Shown here: positions 54,201 through 64,000 of the stretch, piece after piece | Layout: each line of letters begins with the position of its first letter | Position numbering within the stretch: the stretch's first letter is position 1 | Translations under genes and position numbers: made by a program | Assembly: GCA_964016885.1 (NCBI GenBank) | Contig: OZ024741.1 | Span: 381,052,001-381,116,000 of the forward strand | Direction: 5' to 3' | DNA length: 64,000 nt | Source of the DNA: Eledone cirrhosa | Lineage: Eukaryota | Notes under the pieces: generated by a model | What the model was told of the DNA's origin: nothing | Database searches by the model: none | The model's input: the letters and a program-made list of their open reading frames with translations, nothing else

Positions 54201-56972
54201 ATCTAAGTCAAGCACACATATCACGAATTTGTGGTCCGTGTAGCTGACTATCTTGAATTGTGGACAGCCTATGCTAGACCTATCTATTTCCCTACAAAAT
54301 ACTCTATCTAGATATGATCTGGATGACCCTATGCGATTTTTCCAAGTCCACATTGGCACATTCTGGAAATTCAATCGGTATCTCTCAGACAGTTCAAAAC
54401 GTCTGAGCAGGTTGGTGAGGCTCTTGCACCCTCCTCCCCTATCCGTTAATCCCACACAGTCCCAGCGTGCATCTAAGATCCCGTTCCAGTCGCCCACTAA
54501 CACTAAAGAGCGAGACGTTCCAAGAAAGGTCTCCAGACGCCGGAAGAAATCAGGCCGCCCTGCTCCTGTTGGGGCATAGTCGGCCACTAGCCTGAAAGCT
54601 TTCCCGTCTCCGCTGGTCACGTCCAGCACCACCAACTTACCCTCTGGGTCCAGGAAGATGGCCCGTATGGCGAGATCCAAACCTCTCTGAAAAAGCACAG
54701 CAACTCCTCCCCTCGATCCAGGACGGCTGGGAGATGCGTACACATCGTAGCCGCCGAAGATCGGTGCAAAGGCCCGTGCGTCTGGTCTCGCTGATGGCCA
54801 CTACATCTATGTTTAGTGACCTGAAGTCGTTGAGCAGGTGGCCCTGCTTCTATGACGACCCCAAGCCACGCGCATTTATGCAGCCTATTCTGAATGTGGT
54901 CATTTTGAAATGGAGTGGAAAAGATGGGAACGACCACTTACCTACTTCTCGTAGAGGAAGGATGGTTTCTCCATCCTTTTCACTGCTTCTGGCCTCCCCC
55001 GGAAGGATGTCCTTATAAATCCTCCTGCAGAGTGCTTGTCGGAAGTCTCCGATGTCTTTGGGGAATTTTTGTTTTAGTGTCGTGTACGTTTTCTGTGTGA
55101 TGCGAGTGATTTGTATGTGTGGAGCTGGTGTGAACTTTTGGGTTGTTGTGTAGTCTTTTTCTGTGATGTTGGTGTTGTGTTGGATGTAGTGTAATAATTG
55201 GTTGTTGTTCAAATTTATTGCTGTGTAGTGTGTATCGTTTTGGTTGTTTTGTTTTGTTTGCGTTTGTTGTGGGTTTGTTTCTGTTTCGCTTTTTGGTGAC
55301 TTTTGTGGTGTTGGTGATGGTGGTGTTGGGGTTAATGATGGTGTTGGTGTTTGTGGTGATGGGGTTGGTGATGCTGGTGTGGATGGTGGCCTAGCTGTCC
55401 TAACTTTTTTGTTTGATAGTTTATTTGTTTCCCTCTGTATTTTGTTTTTGGAGGGCGAAGGAGGGGGATTTTTACTTTTTGGTTTCGTTTTCTATTTTTC
55501 TTTTTTTCTGATACCGTTTCCCACTCCTCGTCGTCAGAATCTGTCTCCAGTTGCGATAGGTCGGGGAGTGGAAAATCCTCCACAGGCGTTGGTTTTGGTT
55601 GTGGCGTGGTGGATGGTGTTGGCGCTGGTGTTAGTATCGGCGTGTTGGGTGGTGGTGGTGTTGGTTTTGCTACTGTTGCTGGGCTTGTTGCTGTTACAGT
55701 TGCTTCTGTTGTTGCTGCCATTTCTGCTGCTGGTGGTGTTGATGGTTGAGTCACTGGTGTGGGTAAGAGAGGTGGCCTCAACCTTTTAGCCTGAGGGCAG
55801 AAAGCCCTTAGGTGGGTTCCTTCACCATAAACGACACACCTAGTCCTTCTGCCCTCGACGATTACGGTGAGGTGGCTGCCGTCAGTGTGGTCTATTACCT
55901 CTGGGATCTCCTCAATGGTTTTCTGGTCCGCTTGGATCAGGAGCTCCATCCCAGATCCGGTCCAGTTCTCCTGCTCCTCTTTTGCTTCTATTATTTTGGT
56001 GTTGGCCTCGATGCCGGCGAGGAGAGCAGCCATTAGCCAGGGAATTTCGATGGCCGGTGGAACTGGGTCACCCTGATCTTTACGAGTGTCTGACCACAAT
56101 AGCTTGGGACGAATGTGAAGTCGTCGCTCCTTAATGGGGCCATGGAGTGCTCTCTGGCCTCCTGTGGTGTTCCAAAGAACACGTCCACGGTTCCATATTT
56201 CTGCCCACGTCTGATGTGGGTTTTTTTTGCCCACACATGTCCCAAAGCTTTTTAGATTTGGGACTCGGATGCCCGTTCCACTCGGCGCGATTTTATGTTA
56301 ATCGTCCGATAAGACATGGTGCATAGTCGTCGATGCCCATTTTATTGGGGGGGGGGGGGGGGGGCTGACCATGTACCCATCTTTCTTTACCATTCTCTTG
56401 GCTTCATCTAATTCTTCCTGAGCTACCTGGATTGTTTTGCATGTTGTTATTCTCATTGTTGTTGCTGTTGTTGTTATTGTTATTTTTGTTATTGTTATTT
56501 TTAGTTTCCCTTGTGGTGGTAGCGTCAGTGGTGTTTGTTGTGGAAAAGTCGATTCTGGGTGAATCCATTTCGATGTCACGAGATAATTTGTTTTTGTTTC
56601 TGTTGTCGCTGTGGTCTTTGTGGGGATGGCGGCTTCAACACCTGCAGTCATTGGTAATGGCGGGAAATGAATGTCTGCATGAGACAAATTAAAATTATTG
56701 CTACTGCTTATATTTTTAGTGTTAGCAAACGTAGTAATATTTACAATGGTGGTGTTGGTGTGAGGTGTTAGTTTGTGAGGAAGGCTGTCAGCCTGGTGTA
56801 GCTGTGAATCGTCCATGTTTTTTCAAACTAATTTTTTGTTTGATAATTATAAAAGTTTAAATTTTGGGCTCAAGGCACCAATCTTTTTGAGTGTCCTTTT
56901 CCGAAAACAAATTATGTGACCTTATAAACAATGCGGAGCTCACGATGATACAATTTCCTCCGTAGGTCGCCA
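51265..56972 (-). mobile_element. Full-length decayed Tx1-like (L1 clade) LINE with ORF1 and ORF2
   Basis: ORF1 remnants 55332-56816 (degenerate knuckle RCVVYGEGTHLRAFCP, Pro/Thr-rich region); ORF2 from MTTFRIGCINARGL: APE (YAPTG, VGDWN, YLDRV, TDHK, GPGYWKLN), RT (KSPGLNGLPYE, FRPINLLN, LDQSKAFDRVDH, VRQRCPLS, KLLGVWFG), C-terminal CPKC..ETVLHALVQC; (AAT)n at both ends. Confidence 0.92.
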
Positions 56973-59914
56973 ATAATAATAATAATAATAATAATGATAA
57001 TGTTTTCATTTATTGGCCACAAGGATCGACATGTAGGTGACAAGGGGAATAATGAAAAATAATAATAAATGTGTGTATATAAAGGCGTACATCATATGCT
57101 TATGTATAATAAACGTGCAAGAGTCTCGCTATGAATGTTTTAAGCTGTGATCATATTACATCTAATACAGCTAACTCGGTTGCTGGTGACTGTTCTAGAC
57201 ACGTTTTACAGGATCTTTATCCCTAATCGGCGGCATTTACTCCCTTGGTACTGAGACAAGTATTGCAAACATAGGTATATTAATAACTCCCTCAATACAA
57301 ATCTTGAGAAGCGGGACTTCACAGAGCCAGAAAAATCATGGCTAAGTAGGAAATTGTAGGTTAATTAATAGAACTGTAAAAAATATGTAAAACATTCCAG
57401 AAATTTTGCATCTAATAACAGCTTATACATATGTAGAGATATAGAAACATATGTATATGTGCACATATTACTCAAACCATACAGATCTACACATGCGATA
57501 ACATTTGTATCAGCACACTCACACAAATACATAGAGATATACATACGTTCCTCCTTAGGTGATGTTATCTAAATACCAATGAAACAATCTTGGTTCTGTG
57601 TTAGAAACGGCTCTCTCTCTATTGAGGAAAAAAATATATCCAGACAGACCCACGGGAAGACAGACCTCTTCTTACGTCATCACTCTAGCGAAGATGAAGC
57701 ATTTCTAATGACTAAAATACGTATATGCATCTCTCCACACCTGCATACTCACAGATTTCTCGACGAATCCGGAGAAGATTTGCCAAATCATTGTCGTGTT
57801 AATAGTCGATCATCCCCAAAGCCACTGGTGCTCACGACGGTAAGGTCATCTAATTAAAATGATGGTGACTATATGAATGTTCTGCTTAATATGAGACAAG
57901 CAGGAATATTTTTATGGGGGCTTACTCGTTTAGATTCAGCCATTTCTGCAATAAAATCACACGATAGCCTTATTAGAGGCACCTCCTGTAAGATCTGACT
58001 ATTCACCACGCAAGTCAGTCTTCAAACTGAGAGAGTTTCGGGGCTCAGCTTGAATAATCTTATATTGCGTGTCATCAGTTCGTCATCAATTTGCTGAGCA
58101 GCAAGCTGAACAGACACTGGGACACACGAGGACACTACTAAAAATTCCAACCAGTGAAAGCTACTACAGCTCTGCACATTCTTAAATTAACATGTACATA
58201 TTATTCTACCCACACAAATGTACACACTATTGGATGGCTGTTGATTCCCATGGGCCCCTGCGCCCTTTGTCGGGCTTTTCGTTTCATCTTGGTGAGGTTT
58301 CCGGTTTAGTCGCCGACGGCCTGATCATGTGACAGGATGCACTGTGTTACATGTTACCAGTATTCAGGTGTGATTTGACAGGCTGAGAGCTATATATGAT
58401 TGCATGCACAAATATGTATACACTTCTCTTGTATTTAATTTAGTCATATCGAGGAAAGGGCCACTCAGCCTTTCCTTTAATTAATAGGATTCTCTAACAT
58501 TTTCGCATAAATAAAACGGCTATCCTATTGGTGTCAATAGAAGAAATCGGCTGATTTCTCACTTAGGGAGGGGATGGGTTCTGTAACCTTTTACAATGCC
58601 CAAGACACGTCATATATCACTACGGCATCCCTAGGAGTCTATCATGAATTACAAGTTCATATATTCATACGCCAATGTTTAACAATCTGGTGAAAGCAGT
58701 TGGTCTAGATTAACTGGGAAGCAGAATAAGTACGTTCTTGGGTCTTCAAGTAAAACGGACACAATAGAGAATATTCCCATTACATCGTATTGGAATTTAT
58801 TCAAAATATACTATAATCTTTTCAGTACATAGATCCTCTGAAGGTCTTATTCGGCTTTGGCACTAGCATGCCATTTTCATTCAGAAGAAGTAATCTGCTT
58901 TACTTAGGAAAATTAGCTATCAAAATTGCTCGCAAAATAACAGTATCAACAGCCCCGAGACATCTACTAAAAATAAAGAAATACGTTAACAATTATACAG
59001 AAATAGGACTCTACGGATTCTATGTATTTATATGTATGTGTTTACATGTATTCATATATGTATGTGAGTATGTATGTATGTATGAATGTGTATGAGTCTG
59101 TGTGTGTGTGTTTAAGCATGTTTCAATACATATGAGGATCACTATAGTTTGATATATGTATGCATATCCAAATATGTGTTAATATTTGTACACGTATGTA
59201 TAGTCATATATTACACGCTTAGCTCCAAGAAAGAAATATGTTATAGATTCGATTTCTTCTATGAGTAAAAGAAATAGTTTATTATGTTGCTGGTTCAACA
59301 CCAGTATTGTTCGTGTTTTTGTTTTCGCTATACTTTTTGGAGCAAATCGCTGCTTGGTGAATCATAGTTTGAGTCAAATATCTCGACCATCTAAAATAAA
59401 ATATTTCTTCATTGAAATTATGTTAATGGTACATGTGCTAAGCGAATGCTTTAGCAATTTACATATTAATTTCACGAGTGGGGCTTAATTAGAACAGTCG
59501 TCGTTGGAACTAACGAGGTCCAAATCACATAAACATACATGTGAGAAGCCTGGATGTCATTACATGTATGGATCTGTATGTGCACACTGATATACAATGT
59601 GCTGATATATGTTTATATCGTTCGCAGATGCTGCTTGACATATTAAGTTTTAGTTGCTGTTGTTGTTACTGTTACTGTTGCTAATGGAGTTGTTGTTATT
59701 TGGCGTCGGTCACTTTATTTTATCTAGTTGTGGTAGCAGCGGTGTCGTTCGTGTGGGTATTTTCGATCTTGAGACTCAAAGGGGAGTCGGTCTCACGTGA
59801 CAGCTGTCGAGAAGAGGAGGGGTGTGTGGCCTCTATTTCTCTTCTAGGCGTGAACATGGAAATAAAGTTCGAATATATGGTCTAAAGTTCGAATAATATG
59901 GGTTTATCTAAGAG

Positions 59915-60130
59915 AGGCGCATTGGCAGTATCGGTAGGGCGTCGGACAACATGCTTTGCAACATAGAGTTACGGCCCTTTATGATCTGAGTTCAAATCCC
60001 GCCGAGGTTAACTTTGCCTTTCATCCTTACGGTGTCGATAAAATAAAGTACCAGTCACGCACTGGGGTCGATTCAATCGATTTTCGCCTCCTCCAAAATT
60101 GATGGCCTTGTGCCTATATAAGAAATCATT
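59915..60130 (+). mobile_element. tRNA-derived SINE, full length
   Basis: ggcgcattggcagtatcggtagggcgtcggac...gagttcaaatcccgccgagg...gtcgataaaataaagtacc...gaaatcatta. Confidence 0.88.
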
Positions 60131-60309
60131 ATGGGCTTATCGTTTCTGTGGACAATGTATGCTGCCATATTTACAGATGTAACAAAAATTTAAGGCAAAA
60201 TCAATAAAATTACGGAAGAAAACTATACGTGATTAAAACTTGAGAGATACCAATGATAATAATAATAAAAATAATAACAACAAGAGCAACAATAATAATA
60301 ATAATAATA

Positions 60310-62445
60310 ATAAATTTATTGGTCACAAGGACCTACATATAGGAAACAATGCAATAGACAGGGATAGTATGCGTTTACAGATAAGACGTGTAAAAATATA
60401 AATATCCATAACAAAATAATGAAAATACAACAATAAAAATCCCACAGTAGGGGGAATAACCACCCAGCGTCGACTCAAGTACCCCACTTATCCTCAAGCA
60501 CCCGATGCTTCGAGGGCACGCGGGAAGGTTACCCCTCTGCGTTTCAAATTAGTCAAGGTTACAGGTGCATAGTCAGAGTTGGCCCATTTACACGGGCAAG
60601 TCTCGCTGCATTCACCCACCGTTTAGCAAATGTATCGCGAGTGGAGGAGGGGGACAGCACTTCTCCCTCCACCCTCACTGTCCTTTCCAAGTGAAACTTG
60701 AAAAAGTTGATGAGTGTGTGGCCGAAGAGAAAAGTGTCTATCTTCAGTCCCTTCAACCTGGTCCACCACACAACCTCATTCACTACCGCTACGAGAGAGG
60801 AAAATTGCCTGTTCTTCCCGGCCGAAAGAAGACAGTGAGTCGATCTTCACTATGAACTCGGGCATTAGCCGGATCCATTCTACAGGCGATAACAGCTGTT
60901 AAACATAACTCCACAAGTCAGCAATGCACGGACATGGGACGAGTGCGTGCAGAACGGTTTCGTCACTCTGCGCGCATCTCGGGCAGATCCGTATCACTAC
61001 ACTTCTGTGCCTGTAGAGTTTGTCTCGAACCGGTAGCGCCCCCCGGTAGCAATGCCAATCGAGGGATTTCTGGAAGTTGTACATAGTCACCGACTCGAAG
61101 GTCCTCCGGAACAAAGTAGTTAGTACGACGGCCAGAGCCTCTACGAGTGCGTCGTCGCAACTGCTCACCACTAATCCTCTATAGAACACGAGAGTGCAAT
61201 TTCCAGACATCATTGCCCGGCTGTTAGCACTGAGAGCCGGGCAACATTATAGATGTCAGGCACCCAGTCCCAATCTCTCCTTGACCCAGGCTTGCAGCTA
61301 AAAAAAAAGAGACTAGCTGCAGAAAGACTCGTTTGACAAACGATGACCATAATCTCATCGTTTACGCAGAATATCTGGAGGTGCCGCAGCCTCAGCAAAT
61401 GTTTGCACAACATTATCCACCGCATGCACAGCCCTCCTCGCAGAAGGTACTGGCAACAGATGGAACGACTCATCAACGGAACCTGTCCCCTCCACATGTT
61501 GAAGAGGAGTCGCTCCAGTTTGGCGAGGCACGGCCGGAGGCAAGGCACCATGTCAGGCGGTAGTAAATTAAGCATACGATGTACGCGTTCACCACCTCTG
61601 CCCGACGTTTTAGAGACGGCTTCCTCTGAGGTCTTTTTCTGGGTGAGAGTGGCAACTCTGATTGTCACCTCGTCCCAATTCTTATCCACCTAGCAACTTT
61701 ACCAGTCCGTCCGTCCAGCGCCTGACAACGCAGTTGGAGGGCATGGGCAGCCTCTCCAGGTGCCAAGCTGCAATCCCACCGACATTTGCAGCTTAAGTTT
61801 TGCTCCCGTCAAATTGATTCCTCCAATAAGGTGCCGACCACCTCGATTTCCTATGTGTCCGACACCATCACAGTGATGTCGTTCGCATAAGGTGACACAG
61901 CCTCTCTACGTCTCGGTTTCAGCGGGATGCCCCGCAACATCTCTAGTTTCCGCAGTAGAGGCTTGAGAGTCAATACGTACAGAAGGGAGGAGAGAGGGCG
62001 CCCTTGATGGACCGATCGGGAAACCTGAAACGGTTCTGAAAGGTGGCCATAAATGTTGACCACCGAGTAGATGCCGCTGTGTATTGCAGCGATCTAGCCT
62101 CTAATGACGGGACAGAAGCAGCTGTTTTGAGGCCAGACGACAGGTATCGGTGTTCGACCTTTTCGAAAGCTTTCGATTGATCTAAATTGAACAGAGCCAC
62201 ACCGAAACAAAGTTTACACCCTCACCCACTGTATGATGTATCTCATGAGATATTCGGGATTGCGCACTTTTGCATCTCCCCTAGCAAATCCTAGTAGACA
62301 AGCGCCACCCTTTTTGCCAACACCTTGGCCAAAATCTGAAACTCTGATTCGAGCAGATTTATGGGCCTGAAGTTATCTAATGTATCACTCTTGTTTTCGT
62401 CTTTCCTCATCAGCATCACTATGCCCCGGTTCACAGAGTGGGAAT
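60310..62445 (-). mobile_element. 5'-truncated, more decayed Tx1-like LINE of a related subfamily
   Basis: NFRPINLL, LDQSKAFEKVEH, VHQGRPLS, YANDI, CYRGALPVRDKL, CPRCAQSDETVLHAL; 3' end abuts (AAT)n. Confidence 0.87.
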
Positions 62446-63514
62446 ACTCCTGTTCTATTTCTAGTTGCATTAGAGCGCTTCGAGGAGATCGGATAACAAT
62501 TCTGGCATATCTACGTAAACCTCGGAGAGGAAACCATTTAAACAGGGTGACTTGCATCACGTGCAGCCGACTAGGGCATCCCGAATTGCGTGTCTAAGAA
62601 ATACAGGGTCGTGGATTCGGATTTAGCCAGTTGTAAAGAAGGTTTGAGGTATTTTGTCAACATAAGAGGGCTATGTATTGAAATTATTGAATATAAAAAA
62701 ACCTTATAAACAGAGACTAATGACTGAGAAGCTGGGCACAAAGGAGAGTATGGAATTTACATGGTCAATTTGAAAGAGAAACGAAGGAAGTAAAGGTAAT
62801 TTGAAGCCAAATAGAAAGTTGACCAGAGCAACCCAAGTGTGCTACGTTTAATACTGGTTTAGGTCACATTACTGATAGTTCCAACAAAACGAGATCACTT
62901 AAATAAAGCACATGAGAACAACAAGTGGCTTTCGTTTCCCCCCAGAAATTAGCTGTCACAGAAAGCATTTGTTATTCCCACTATTGTACTGTTAGTCAAT
63001 TTCCCGCAAACAACTTTTAGCAGCCTTTCACTGTTGTAGTGAGCGTGATAAAAAGATGTAAACAAACCACCACCATCCCTATCGTTATTCAATTCTCATA
63101 TGTCTCCACATGAAACTGTCTAAGAAAAATTATTGAATAATATATACAACTTAAAAACAATTTAAAACCGCAGTTTGAAAATAATTTTTCCAATTTCTCA
63201 AATGTTTCATTAAACGGCAGACGAATTTTGACGATAGTAGGGGAAGCAAACAACCACTTTCATGTTAAAAGTTATTGATATAACTGGCGACCACATAGAA
63301 ATATACGATAACACTTATTGAATAATCAATACTTGAATATAGCTTCTACCACTCAGAAAGAACACCTAGGAGATACCTGCAGTGGACGGGGTAATGAAAT
63401 AACTCGGCGTAAGCAACCCAGGTGGATAACAAGAACGAAAAAAAAAACAAAAAACAAAAAAAACACCAATAATGTGAGACTAGGAATTGAACATTTAAAG
63501 ATAGTTGTGAGATA

Positions 63515-63733
63515 TAATGGTTTCTTATATAGGCACAAAGCCAGCAATGTTTGGAGAGGGTAAAGTCGATTAAATCGACCCCAGTGCATGACTGGTACTT
63601 TATTTTATCGACCCTGTAAGAAGGAAAGGCAAAGTTAACCTCGGCGAGATTTGAACTCAGATCATAAAGGGCCGTAACTTCAGGCTTCAAAGCATGGTGT
63701 CCGAACTTCTAGAGGGACTGCCAATCCACCACC
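63515..63733 (-). mobile_element. tRNA-derived SINE, full length
   Basis: Reverse complement of the SINE seen at 59915-60130. Confidence 0.88.
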
Positions 63734-64000
63734 ATGTTGAGAGATATAATGCGAACAGTATCTTTACAGCATACAAAATGTAAATTACGAAGCATAAAAC
63801 GACTTAAATATGGGTATATTCTTCACTCTGAACTCTTGAGAGTTAATTAATAAATTAGACGTTGTGTGAATCATTTCATTATCAGGAAATCAAAAGAAAA
63901 GAAAACAAAAACCAAAAAACATCAACGATCCAGTATTAACCATAACTTCACTTTTAAGTGCAGCGACTCATTTCTGTTTTTACCGCTCTATATTTTGACT

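Noticed and set aside
57754-57839. Possible plus-strand exon (cacag|...acg|gtaagg) with one open frame
   Set aside because: Isolated, peptide unrecognised, and such splice-like pairs arise by chance
62690-62800. LHGQFERET-like R4/Dong LINE scrap
   Set aside because: Too short and degraded to support a call

Overview
AT-rich, repeat-saturated animal genomic DNA with no host gene I can support; the SINE family, dense (TA)n/(AAT)n microsatellites and LINE content suggest a cephalopod such as Octopus (inference). Nearly all coding signal is from transposable elements: a nearly intact RTE LINE with three C-terminal C2H2 zinc fingers, four distinct decayed Penelope-like (PLE, RT + GIY-YIG) lineages, a Chapaev3-type DNA transposon with TIRs, a deleted Ty3/gypsy LTR element, an R4/Dong-type RLE LINE array in (AAT)n, Tx1/L1-clade LINEs, and many tRNA-derived SINEs. 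The most notable hidden structure is a set of type I hammerhead ribozyme motifs from several unrelated non-coding repeat families. They share the architecture CUGANGA-stemII-GAA-[8-nt self-complementary stem III]-A, often with an adjacent AAUAAA. They sit in tandem/inverted (fold-back) repeats embedded in (TA)n tracts, and one appears to have copied flanking DNA. Most short ORFs in the track are microsatellite artefacts. Element boundaries are read by eye and approximate.
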